Shown here: in pieces, positions 34,518 to 43,447 of the stretch
Layout of the letters: the number at the start of each line of letters is the position of its first letter
Position numbering within the stretch: the stretch's first letter is position 1
Assembly: GCA_013425335.1 (NCBI GenBank)
Contig: JACCLG010000012.1
Location: forward strand, 1 to 55,819
Reading direction: 5' to 3'
Length of the DNA: 55,819 bases
Origin: Candidatus Micrarchaeota archaeon
GTDB lineage: Archaea; Micrarchaeota; Micrarchaeia; Burarchaeales; Fermentimicrarchaeaceae
Notes under the pieces: generated by a model
What the model saw: only the letters and a program-made list of their open reading frames with translations
The model's database searches: none
Told to the model about the DNA's origin: nothing
Made by a program: the position numbers and the translations under genes

Positions 34518-37500
34518 ATGGCTAAGTCCGAGCTGAACTACAGGAATACCGGGGAGATAGAAGTCCCACAAAGACTGGTTGACCAGGTAATGGGGCAGGA
34601 CAGGGCAGTGAATATAATAAAGAAGGCGGCAAAGCAGAGGAGGAACATACTGCTCATGGGTTCGCCCGGCACTGGAAAGTCAATGCTGGCGCAGGCAATG
34701 GCAGAGCTGATGCCCGCTGAGGAACTGGAGGATGTGCTTGTCTATCCCAACTCGCTTGACGAGAATACTCCGCTTGTGAGGGTCGTCAAGACATACCCTA
34801 AGGACAGGAAGCTGCCGAAGGGGGCTCCGGATATAGGAGAAGGGAGAAGGATTATTGAAGAGACCAGGATGAGGAGGATGACCGGGGGAGGAAGTTTCTC
34901 TCCATCATTTCTTATGCTGATTGTGCTGGTTTTGGCATTGCTATACTTATCATTCTCAGGGTTTATTCAGGGAGACAACAAGTGGGTTATAGCCGCAGCA
35001 GTTCTTGGTTTGTTTGTATTTGGCGCTGCAATGGTTCTTGCCTCAGGAGTTTCCAGGAGAGTTGGGGGGTTTGAGAATAATGAGCCAAAGCTCATTATTG
35101 ATAACTCGGGCAAGAAGACAGCACCATTTGTTGATGGGACTGGCGCGAAGGCAGGCGCCCTGTTTGGAGATGTCAAGCATGACCCCCTTCAATGCATCCC
35201 GAGAGGAGAGAATGTTGTTCTGGATAACGGAAACCTTGTGCCAATAGAGAGGATAGTGGACCCATATTTTACATCATCAGATGAGGGGGAAATCATCCTG
35301 CAAAATTCGGGAGTGAGCATCCTCGGAGGGGTTGACTCGAGATTCATGTTATCACCTGCCGCTATAAGAAGGGTTTACAGAAGAAAGTACTGTGGAAAGC
35401 TTGTAAATTTGAAAACGAGGGGCGGCAGTTTTATCAGAGTAACACCAAACCACCCGATAGCGGTTCTCGATGCAGATGGAAAACCCACATATCAAGTTGC
35501 AGGATGTATGAAAGTCGGAGATAGAGTAGTTATACCAGAAAAAATAGATTGCGAGAAAGGAGCGTTGATATCTAGAGAATTGCTTATTTTCATAGCGGAT
35601 TTGCTAGCAGACGGTTACCTTGGGGAGAGACATGTTGAATTCAACTTCAAAATCCCTTTCAAAATAGAGAAGGTTCAAAAGGATGTACGAAAACTTGGAT
35701 TCACACCCAGATTAAGGATTAGGAGGGATGGTGCAACTCAGATAAATCTGAATTCTGCGAGTCTCTGCAGGGATTTCTTGAAACTCGGAATTAAGGATGG
35801 GAAAGAAAAACTGGTTCCTGGCCTAGTTTTCAGGCAGAGTAAGGAGATTATTACAGAATTTCTATCAAGGTTGATTTCCCTTGACGGTTATGTAAATGTG
35901 CAGGGGCAGTTTGAGATAATGTCTTCAAGCAAGAGGTTTACTCAACAAGTCAGGGCTCTGCTCTTCATGCTCGGAGTTAATGCGAAGTATAAAACACGAA
36001 AAGACAGGGGTTTTGCGAAAGGCAAAATCCAGCACGTATTGCGATGGAATCATTTTGAGTGGGCAAAGGAATACAGAAAGCATACAATCAACCCAAACCA
36101 TATGAGAAATCTTGATAAGTACTTATCTGTTACAAGTTTCAACAAAGAGTGTTATGACGATGTAATGCCACTGAACTTTGATGTTTTGGATGGCATTAGG
36201 GTAAAATTGGGGATATCAAAGAAAAAGACCCACAGAGACTTCTGGTCAATAAATCCACAGGTTAATGGAAATACAAGACTTACTAGGAATTTACTTAAAA
36301 AAGTGGTAGGAAGATTTCTTGAGCTAGACCCAAGTAATGAGGATGCGCTTAGGCTCAGAGAATTGTCTGAAGGATACTACGCCTTTGATGAAATAGTTGA
36401 GGTAACGGCGGAAGATTATGATGGATTCGTATACAACCTTACAACTGAAAGCGGAAATTATTTTGTTGATTTCGTTTTGACACACAACTCGGGCGGACTC
36501 GGCACTCCCGCGCATCTGAGGGTTGAGGCAGGGGCAATCCACAGGAGCAACAAGGGAGTTTTATTCCTTGATGAGGTTTCCTCGCTGGTGCCCAGGTCGC
36601 AGCAGGAACTTCTTACAGCCATGCAGGAGAAGAAATATTCGATAACAGGGCAGAGCGAGATGAGCAGCGGAGCAATTGTGAAGACTGAGCCTGTCCCTGC
36701 GGACTTCGTGCTTGTTGCAGCCGGCAACCTTATAGACATCCAGAAGATGCACCCTGCGCTGCGCTCTAGGATAAGGGGCTACGGCTATGAGATATACATG
36801 GATGACACCATGCCTGACAATGAGGAGAACAGGAACAAGCTTGTGAGGTTTGTTGCGCAGGAGGTTGAGAAGGACGGCAAGATACCTCATTTCACGAAGG
36901 ATGCTGTTGATGAAATCATTGAGGAGGCAAGGAAGAGGGCAGGCAGGAAGAAGAGGCTGAGCCTGAGGTTCAGGGATTTGGGAGGGCTTGTGAGGGCTGC
37001 AGGGGATGTTGCAATAGAGGAAAATGCAAAGCTTGTTGACTTGAAGCATGTGCTGAAGGGGAAGGGGGTTGCCAGAACCCTTGAGCAGCAGGTCTCCCAG
37101 CAGATAATTGACGTCAGGAAGGATTACAAAGTGTTCATGAACCGAGGTTATGCAGTTGGGAAGGTCAACGGTCTTGCGGTGATGGGCGACGGCTCATCGG
37201 GCATAATAATGCCCATAGTTGCTGAAGTCACTCCGGCCTCCTCAAAGAGCGAGGGAAAACTCATAGCGACTGGCAAGCTGGGGAAGATTGCCAAGGAGGC
37301 GGTTGAGAATGTCAGCGCGATAATAAAGAAGCACATGGGCAAGGATGTTTCCCAGTATGACATGCACGTGCAGTTCCTGCAGACTTATGAGGGAGTTGAG
37401 GGTGACAGCGCAAGCATATCCATAGCGGTGTGCGTCATATCCGCAATGGAGGGAGTTGCCGTTGACCAGAGCATTGCAATGACAGGCTCGCTCAGCGTTA

Positions 37501-37739
37501 GGGGCCAGGTTCTCCCTGTCGGCGGGATAACTGCAAAGATAGAGGCTGCAATAGAGGCGGGCATGAAGAAAGTCATAATCCCGAAGGCAAACGAGGAGGA
37601 TGTTTATTTGGGCAAGGACAAGGTTGGGAAGATAAAAATAGTTCCCGTGAGCAACATCACTGAGGTTCTGCAGGAGTCTTTAAAGGAAAGCAGCAGAAAG
37701 GATGAGCTCATAAAGGAGATGAAGGGAATTATAAAGTAG
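34518..37739 (+). CDS. lonB: Archaeal membrane-bound LonB protease, interrupted in frame by an intein
   Basis: Walker A GSPGTGKS, two TM helices inside the AAA module, the protease Ser context GDSASISIA and Lys context GGITAKIEAA. The 432 extra codons are at 35193-36488. Confidence 0.92.
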   Translation: MAKSELNYRNTGEIEVPQRLVDQVMGQDRAVNIIKKAAKQRRNILLMGSPGTGKSMLAQAMAELMPAEELEDVLVYPNSLDENTPLVRVVKTYPKDRKLPKGAPDIGEGRRIIEETRMRRMTGGGSFSPSFLMLIVLVLALLYLSFSGFIQGDNKWVIAAAVLGLFVFGAAMVLASGVSRRVGGFENNEPKLIIDNSGKKTAPFVDGTGAKAGALFGDVKHDPLQCIPRGENVVLDNGNLVPIERIVDPYFTSSDEGEIILQNSGVSILGGVDSRFMLSPAAIRRVYRRKYCGKLVNLKTRGGSFIRVTPNHPIAVLDADGKPTYQVAGCMKVGDRVVIPEKIDCEKGALISRELLIFIADLLADGYLGERHVEFNFKIPFKIEKVQKDVRKLGFTPRLRIRRDGATQINLNSASLCRDFLKLGIKDGKEKLVPGLVFRQSKEIITEFLSRLISLDGYVNVQGQFEIMSSSKRFTQQVRALLFMLGVNAKYKTRKDRGFAKGKIQHVLRWNHFEWAKEYRKHTINPNHMRNLDKYLSVTSFNKECYDDVMPLNFDVLDGIRVKLGISKKKTHRDFWSINPQVNGNTRLTRNLLKKVVGRFLELDPSNEDALRLRELSEGYYAFDEIVEVTAEDYDGFVYNLTTESGNYFVDFVLTHNSGGLGTPAHLRVEAGAIHRSNKGVLFLDEVSSLVPRSQQELLTAMQEKKYSITGQSEMSSGAIVKTEPVPADFVLVAAGNLIDIQKMHPALRSRIRGYGYEIYMDDTMPDNEENRNKLVRFVAQEVEKDGKIPHFTKDAVDEIIEEARKRAGRKKRLSLRFRDLGGLVRAAGDVAIEENAKLVDLKHVLKGKGVARTLEQQVSQQIIDVRKDYKVFMNRGYAVGKVNGLAVMGDGSSGIIMPIVAEVTPASSKSEGKLIATGKLGKIAKEAVENVSAIIKKHMGKDVSQYDMHVQFLQTYEGVEGDSASISIAVCVISAMEGVAVDQSIAMTGSLSVRGQVLPVGGITAKIEAAIEAGMKKVIIPKANEEDVYLGKDKVGKIKIVPVSNITEVLQESLKESSRKDELIKEMKGIIK
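35193..36488 (+). mobile_element. Intein (432 codons) with a LAGLIDADG homing-endonuclease domain
   Basis: It starts with Cys (..KHDPLQ/CIPRGENV) and ends with HN followed by Ser (..FVLTHN/SGGLGTP). The dodecapeptide motifs are LIFIADLLADGYLGE and FLSRLISLDGYV. The flanking exteins join into the conserved LonB sequence. Confidence 0.88.
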
Positions 37740-38960
37740 CTATTTAATCAGAACTCTTTCCCCCACATCGGAAATCCTGTCAAAGTCGAAATCAATCTTG
37801 TGCCCAAAAGGAGTCTGCACTATGATGAAGTCCTTCCTCTTGTCGACTCCAACAACCTTTCCTATGTAGGCCCCTAGCTCGGTGAGCACCTCCTTGTTCT
37901 CAAGCTTCATTGAGGTGAGCAGCCTCATCTTCATCCACTCCATTATCCTTATTGATATGAATGCTATGACCATACCAGCTATGAGCGTTGCCACAAAATC
38001 CGAGAAGTACACATCTGCAACGACCCACTCACTGGCAACGGTGAACACTGCCCAGAGGATGAACACGCTGATTGCATACAGCCCGTATTTCACAACAGCG
38101 TATTTCTTCCTCTCATGCAGCAAGTCGAGAATTCTCCCGAGTATCAAAAGCACAATTGCCCATGGCAGTATGAGCAGCATCTTGAGCAGCACGTAGGCAG
38201 AGAGCTTCAGAGTTTCCGGCGTCTCGAGAATTCTTGTGAGGAACTCCTGGTAGCCCAGAACCAGTGAGATTATGATGAGCGGCAGGGCAGAGAGGTAGAG
38301 TATGAAGCTTATCTTCTCAACCGAGAAGTGGAACCCGGAGAAAGCCCGTATGATGTTCTCCTCAAGCCCGGCAGCCATTATGAGGAAGTACAAACCTAAG
38401 GCAATCCCGGCAAGCCTCCATCCATAGCCGAGAAACTCGCTTATTATGAGCATGAGGATGACAAGGGCGGGTATCCCCCAGATGATTCTTGCGTAGTGAG
38501 GCTCCTTGAGCTTCTCAAGAAGGACAAAGTATGTTTTCTCAAGCTCCTTGGCCTGCTTCATCACCACAAGCTTCACAGAGTCTATCTTCACCCTTGACTG
38601 TATGATGGGTATCACCTGCTCGTCACTGGCGCCGTCAGAAACAAGTATGCAGGAGTCCGCTCTGAAGTTTCTCAATACGCTGTCGAGTTGCTTGGTTATC
38701 TCCCTGTCCGCAAAATAGCCAAGGCTTTTGTCCCCTGTGAGCGTGACAACCTCGGCATTATCCTCCTTTGAGATTGAGTCGTATATGTTGACTGCCTCGA
38801 ATATGGCGTTAGAATCCGCCTCCTCGGGGTCTTTGAGGATGAGCTTTGTGGCTGCCTCTATGTTGGCCTGTCTTCCCACTACGGGACCTGGAATCTTCAC
38901 CTTGTCGTAGAGGTCGTTGTCTCTGTCCACGCAGAGCACAAGTATCCTTTTCTTAGCCAT
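37740..38960 (-). CDS. DUF373-family archaeal membrane protein
   Basis: N-terminal cytosolic domain KRILVLCVDRDNDL..GRQANIEAATKL..DPEEADSNAIFEAV, followed by ~6 TM segments and a C-terminal soluble tail. Confidence 0.72.
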   Translation of the reverse strand: MAKKRILVLCVDRDNDLYDKVKIPGPVVGRQANIEAATKLILKDPEEADSNAIFEAVNIYDSISKEDNAEVVTLTGDKSLGYFADREITKQLDSVLRNFRADSCILVSDGASDEQVIPIIQSRVKIDSVKLVVMKQAKELEKTYFVLLEKLKEPHYARIIWGIPALVILMLIISEFLGYGWRLAGIALGLYFLIMAAGLEENIIRAFSGFHFSVEKISFILYLSALPLIIISLVLGYQEFLTRILETPETLKLSAYVLLKMLLILPWAIVLLILGRILDLLHERKKYAVVKYGLYAISVFILWAVFTVASEWVVADVYFSDFVATLIAGMVIAFISIRIMEWMKMRLLTSMKLENKEVLTELGAYIGKVVGVDKRKDFIIVQTPFGHKIDFDFDRISDVGERVLIK

Positions 38961-39091
38961 TTCACCACTTAGGAGTATATGAAAAAAGGTATTATAATAT
39001 TTACCTACTATTCTCGGACGATAGGTTTAAAAATAACTCCTCATAATTATTAGAGTAGTCATTGAAATAATGCTAACATGAGGTGGTTTGG

Positions 39092-39553
39092 ATGAGAAGA
39101 GGACAAGCGGCAATTGAATATCTGATTATACTGGCAGTGGTTGTCATAATAGCCCTCATTGTCATTGGTGTCATAGGAGGATTCCCAGGCATGACAAGAG
39201 GAATCAGTGAGAGGGATTCTGCAGCATACTGGGCTGCAGCTGATGTAGGGGTAACTAGGTATTTCGTGTCCGCTGTACCCAGTAGCAGCTTGCTTGTTGT
39301 GAGGAACAACAGGCTGTTCTCTGTGAACATCACAGGTATAACGATGGGGGGTACCGCAGTAAATGGAAGTTTAGCTACATCTCCGCTACCACTGGCTCCA
39401 GGTTCTTCGGCTAGCCAGTACATTACTGCACCTGCTTGCACGGCTGGGCAGTCTTACTCGTGGACGACTGTGATAACCTACAAGGATTCAGTCTACGGCA
39501 ATGCCTACACATTCACAGGGGAGAAGCCTTTGGTTGGAACCTGCCAGACCTAG
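39092..39553 (+). CDS. Class III signal-peptide (archaeal type IV pilin-like) protein, copy 1
   Basis: MRRGQAAIEYLIILAVVVIIALIVIG: a basic stretch plus Gly cleavage context, Glu at +5, and a hydrophobic helix. GAGGTGG lies upstream of the ATG at 39092. N-x-S/T sequons occur in the variable part. Confidence 0.75.
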   Translation: MRRGQAAIEYLIILAVVVIIALIVIGVIGGFPGMTRGISERDSAAYWAAADVGVTRYFVSAVPSSSLLVVRNNRLFSVNITGITMGGTAVNGSLATSPLPLAPGSSASQYITAPACTAGQSYSWTTVITYKDSVYGNAYTFTGEKPLVGTCQT

Positions 39554-39610
39554 GGTTTTGATTTTTTACTTTTAATTTTTAAAATGATATAACATAATGG
39601 GGTGGTTTGG

Positions 39611-40105
39611 ATGAGAAGAGGACAGGCGGCCATTGAATATCTGATTATACTGGCAGTAGTTGTCATAATAGCCCTCATTGTCATTGGTGTTATTGGAGGC
39701 TTCCCAGGCATGACAAGAGGCATCAGTGAGAGGGATTCTGCAGCATACTGGGCTTCAGCTGATGTAGGGGTAACTAGGTATTTTGTATCAAACGGAACAC
39801 AACCTTATGGCAGCCTGTTGGTTGTAAGGAATAACAGGCTGTTCGCGGTGAACATAACAAACATAACGTTGGGTGGTAACATAGTATACCCATTGAATCC
39901 GGGCTTAGCACCCACAACTGCAGGACTACCGCTTGCTCCAGGCTCTTCAAGCAACATGACGATTAATACGACCACATTGAGTCAAACTTGCACACCTGGG
40001 AACTCTTACTCAGTGACGACGGTCATAACATATGTGGATTCAGTATACAGCAATATTTACAAATTCACTGGAGAGAAGCCGTTGGTTGGAACCTGTCAGA
40101 CCTAG
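39611..40105 (+). CDS. Class III signal-peptide (archaeal type IV pilin-like) protein, copy 2
   Basis: The first ~62 residues match copy 1 at all but one position. The central region differs (NITNITLGG, NMTINTTT). The C-terminus is identical. Confidence 0.75.
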   Translation: MRRGQAAIEYLIILAVVVIIALIVIGVIGGFPGMTRGISERDSAAYWASADVGVTRYFVSNGTQPYGSLLVVRNNRLFAVNITNITLGGNIVYPLNPGLAPTTAGLPLAPGSSSNMTINTTTLSQTCTPGNSYSVTTVITYVDSVYSNIYKFTGEKPLVGTCQT

Positions 40106-40194
40106 AGTTTTGATTTTTTATTTTCTTTAATTTTTAACAGCCTAGCACAAGCTATTTAAAGAGTTTATGAGAAATTATTCTACTCATTTTTGGA

Positions 40195-40764
40195 GTGATA
40201 CATATGGGAGAATTCTCAACGCCAGGGAAGCTGCTAGGGACTGAGGAGGAATTTGCAGTAGGAGACGGTGTATACAGCGAGGAGGGGAGGCTGCATGCCC
40301 TCTGCACCGGATATGCATTAATTGACGGGCAGAAGGTTGTCTCAGTGAAGCCTTCCAATGCGGTTCCAAAAATGGTGGCGCCCGGCATGGTCGTTTACGG
40401 CAGGGTTGAAGACATATTCGAGCCCATAGCGCTTGTGAAAATAATTCCTGTGGAGCAGAGCGGGGTGAGGCAGACGCAAGGGGACTACTTCAGCGTGCTG
40501 CATGTATCCAACATAAAGAGAGATTATGTGGAGAGCGTGAGGAGCGAGGTGCATGTGGGCGATATAATAAAGGCTGTTGTTTCAGAAATAAGAAGGGGCG
40601 AGTTATACCTGGACATGAGAAGCCAGGACTGCGGAGTTGTGAAAGCATACTGCAGCATGTGCAGGAATCCTTTATACCTCAAAGACAGAATACTTGTGTG
40701 CCATTACTGCGGGAACAGGGAGGGCAGGAAGCTCTCCAAGGAGTATTCGAATATAGAGAGGTGA
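40195..40764 (+). CDS. csl4: Exosome cap subunit Csl4 (S1 domain plus zinc ribbon)
   Basis: The N-terminus PGKLLGTEEEF, the S1 region and the C-terminal CSMC..CHYCG match Csl4. The start may instead be the ATG at 40204. Confidence 0.85.
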   Translation: MIHMGEFSTPGKLLGTEEEFAVGDGVYSEEGRLHALCTGYALIDGQKVVSVKPSNAVPKMVAPGMVVYGRVEDIFEPIALVKIIPVEQSGVRQTQGDYFSVLHVSNIKRDYVESVRSEVHVGDIIKAVVSEIRRGELYLDMRSQDCGVVKAYCSMCRNPLYLKDRILVCHYCGNREGRKLSKEYSNIER

Positions 40765-40768
40765 TGGT

Positions 40769-41038
40769 TTGAAGCTCAGAGTGGTTAAGAAGGAGAAGAA
40801 CTTTCTTGAGCTGGTGCTTGAGGGTGAGGAGCACAGCTTCCCAAACCTTCTCAGTCAGACGCTGCTTGAGGATGATGATGTTGAATTTGCTTCTTATGTG
40901 GTGGAGCACCCGCAGCTGGGCAACCCGAAGCTGATTGTACGTACAAAAAGCAAGGCGCCAGAGGCTGCTATAAAGAGCGCCCTTAAGAAGATTGAGAAGA
41001 AGGCCTCTGATTTCGAGGCGCTTCTGAAAAAGAAATGA
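40769..41038 (+). CDS. rpoL: DNA-directed RNA polymerase subunit L (Rpo11)
   Basis: KNFLELVLEGEEHSFPNLLSQTLLEDDDVEFASYVVEHP is the RpoL signature. TTG start. Confidence 0.8.
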   Translation: MKLRVVKKEKNFLELVLEGEEHSFPNLLSQTLLEDDDVEFASYVVEHPQLGNPKLIVRTKSKAPEAAIKSALKKIEKKASDFEALLKKK

Positions 41039-41042
41039 TACG

Positions 41043-41591
41043 ATGAAGGCCGGAGCGAGAGTGCTTGGCATTGACGACTCGCCCTTCACGGAGAAGGATG
41101 AAAGCGTGCTGGTTGTTGGCGTGGTGTGGAGGAGCGGTGTGGTTGAGGGGGTGCTGAGCACACATGTCAAAAGGGATGGGCTGGATAGCACGAAGAAGCT
41201 TGAGGGAATGGTAAAAAAATCAAAATTCCGCCCGCAGCTGAGAATGATTGTCATACACGGAACCACCCTTGCCGGATTCAATATTGTTGACTTAAGGAAA
41301 CTGAGCAGAAGTCTTGCCCTGCCCGTCATAGCGGTGACGAAAAGGAAGCCGCATGCAGGAACGGTGAAAAATGCCTTGAGGAACCTGCAGGACTCTGAAA
41401 GGAGATGGAAGCTGCTGGAGTCTGCAGGGCCTGTGCTCAAGATTGGAGGATTATACGCGCATCTTGCAGGCATTGGTTCAGAGGATGCGAGGAAGTTCCT
41501 GTCCGCCTTTGGAGGCATGCCTGAGCCCGTGAGGCTTGCCCATCTTATAGGCTCTGGAATTGTGAGAGGGGAGTCCCATGGCAAAGTTTGA
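41043..41591 (+). CDS. DUF99/UPF0215 family protein (EndoV-like fold), member of the archaeal exosome neighbourhood
   Basis: ARVLGIDDSPF..VVGVVWR..GFNIVD pattern. It occupies the conserved position after csl4 and rpoL. Confidence 0.8.
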   Translation: MKAGARVLGIDDSPFTEKDESVLVVGVVWRSGVVEGVLSTHVKRDGLDSTKKLEGMVKKSKFRPQLRMIVIHGTTLAGFNIVDLRKLSRSLALPVIAVTKRKPHAGTVKNALRNLQDSERRWKLLESAGPVLKIGGLYAHLAGIGSEDARKFLSAFGGMPEPVRLAHLIGSGIVRGESHGKV

Positions 41592-42576
41592 AGAATACCT
41601 AAGGAAGAATGCAGGCTACCTGCTCATACTGGCTCTTCTCGCAGGTTATATTCTAACCAAGTTTATTCTCTTCGCAGTGCTCTGCGGGCTCTCCATAGTC
41701 GGGCTGTTTGTCTATGAGACATACAGAGGGGTTCAGGAGGGCGGATGGAAGAAAGAGCTGGAGGAGATTATTATTGCAGTTGCTGTTGGTATTGCCGTGT
41801 GGTACGGAGGGGGATTCCTCCTTCATACATCGGCACCGCTGGATTCAATTGTCTCCTGCAGCATGCTCCCGCGTATGGACAGGGGGGACATGGTTGTCCT
41901 GAGCGGCAGTGAGATAAACGCTCCTCTTGTGGAAGTCAGTGCATCAGAGTGGGGGCAGATAAACGATAGCATGCACACCAACTTCACCTGCGGCCCGTGC
42001 ACAGGGCAGGCAGGCTACACCCCTTACAACTTCTCCATATGCAGAGTAGGCTGCAGCAACTCCTGCCTCATTGCAATAGACGGCAAGCCCGTCTTCTCAG
42101 GCTCCAACAGCTCCCTTTTCAGCTACAACTACGGGTTATGCACGCTGAAGAGGGGCAGCGGTGATATAACAAACGATGTCTGTGTGAAGTCGGTCACAAT
42201 AAAAGGGAAGACATTCTACGAGAACTTCAGCAATGACATTGTTGTCTACGAGCCGTTGGAGAAAAGCGTGTTCTCCGGCGCAATAATACACCGGGTGCTT
42301 GTGAAAGTTTCGGTGGATGGAAAGCCGTACTACCTGATAAAGGGGGACAACAACGAGGTGCTGGACGTGCAGGCTCCGAGCAAGGGGGTGGAGTCCGGAA
42401 ACGGAAAATGCCTATTCTTTGCAGACACTGCGCAGAACAAGCCCGTGCCCCAGGAGAATATAAAGGGCAAAGTCATATTCAAAGCTCCGTACGTGGGATA
42501 CCTGAAGCTTTTCCTGTGGGGCTACGTGGGAGAGCCTTCGGGATGCGACAGTGTCATAGAGCCAGCAAAGCAATAA
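41578..42576 (+). CDS. Signal peptidase I (S26B, archaeal/eukaryal Ser-His type) with a large Cys-rich insertion
   Basis: Box B SCSMLP, box C RGDMVV, box D IIHRVL, box E KGDNNEVLD. About 130 aa containing 8 Cys lie between boxes C and D. Confidence 0.75.
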   Translation: MAKFEEYLRKNAGYLLILALLAGYILTKFILFAVLCGLSIVGLFVYETYRGVQEGGWKKELEEIIIAVAVGIAVWYGGGFLLHTSAPLDSIVSCSMLPRMDRGDMVVLSGSEINAPLVEVSASEWGQINDSMHTNFTCGPCTGQAGYTPYNFSICRVGCSNSCLIAIDGKPVFSGSNSSLFSYNYGLCTLKRGSGDITNDVCVKSVTIKGKTFYENFSNDIVVYEPLEKSVFSGAIIHRVLVKVSVDGKPYYLIKGDNNEVLDVQAPSKGVESGNGKCLFFADTAQNKPVPQENIKGKVIFKAPYVGYLKLFLWGYVGEPSGCDSVIEPAKQ

Positions 42577-42614
42577 AAATGTGGAGGTAAAAAGATATCA
42601 TAGAGGTGAATGAG

Positions 42615-43358
42615 ATGTTAGAAATAGAGGTTGAGGACGCCAGGTATTGGAAAGGTTGCATTGATTCCATAGTCAATCTCATAGATGAGGGCAGTTTTGA
42701 GATTTCTGCTAACGGCATATCATTGAAGGCAATGGACCCTTCTCAGATAGCAATGGTGAGCTTCTCTATCCCAAAGAGCGCTTTCAGCACATACAAGGTT
42801 GATGAGGCAACAAAGGTGGGCATAAACTTTGACAACATGAGCAAGATACTCTCAAGGAGCAGGGGCAAGGACAAGCTTTCCATGATGATTGACGAGAACA
42901 AGCTAGTGCTTGAGTTCAGGGGTGAGGACAGGAGGAACTTCAAGCTCCCGCTCATAAACGTGCAGGAGGGCGCCCAGAAAGAGCCCAAGATAGAATTTGA
43001 TTCGCTTGTGAAGATAAAGGCGGGGCAGTTCAAGGAGATACTGGGCGATGCTGCGCTGCTCAGCTCTCATATAGTTCTTGAAGCAAGCAACAAAGGGTTC
43101 TTTGTAGAGGTTCATGGAGACTCCGGTGACCTGAGGGTTGAGAGGGATAAGACGGGGGAGGCAACGCAGCAGATTGAAGTGAAGAAGGATTCAAGGGCAA
43201 CCTTCCCGCTGCAGTTCATGGGGGACATTGTGAAAGCCTGTCCTGATGACGAGCTTCTCTCGCTGCACCTTAAGACAAATTCACCAATAAAGGTTGAGTA
43301 CAGTATTGGAGAGGCAAAGCTGGTGTACTACCTCGCCCCAAGGATAGAATCGATGTAG
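42615..43358 (+). CDS. pcn: PCNA sliding clamp
   Basis: 247 aa with a two-domain PCNA pattern (..IVNLIDEGSFEISANGISLKAMD.., ..FPLQFMGDIVKA.., YYLAPRIE). Confidence 0.9.
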   Translation: MLEIEVEDARYWKGCIDSIVNLIDEGSFEISANGISLKAMDPSQIAMVSFSIPKSAFSTYKVDEATKVGINFDNMSKILSRSRGKDKLSMMIDENKLVLEFRGEDRRNFKLPLINVQEGAQKEPKIEFDSLVKIKAGQFKEILGDAALLSSHIVLEASNKGFFVEVHGDSGDLRVERDKTGEATQQIEVKKDSRATFPLQFMGDIVKACPDDELLSLHLKTNSPIKVEYSIGEAKLVYYLAPRIESM

Positions 43359-43447
43359 CACGGCATCAATTTATATTTTCTTGGAGTATTATATCCGCCC
43401 ATAGTGCAAATGCTCTTTGGAGGATGCATTTTCGCGGAAGGGGTCAG

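Larger units (their letters stand above)
39081..40137 (+). repeat. Tandem duplication (period 519 bp) of a pilin gene unit, with conserved ends and a divergent centre
   Basis: The first ~190 nt of each unit (SD, start, signal peptide) are ~95 percent identical. The last ~80 nt (FTGEKPLVGTCQT, stop, T-rich tail) are also conserved. The middle has diverged. Confidence 0.85.

Noticed and set aside
40679-41584. 301-aa minus-strand ORF
   Set aside because: It is antisense to rpoL and the DUF99 gene, both well supported, and its sequence is low-complexity Ser/Leu/Pro-rich.
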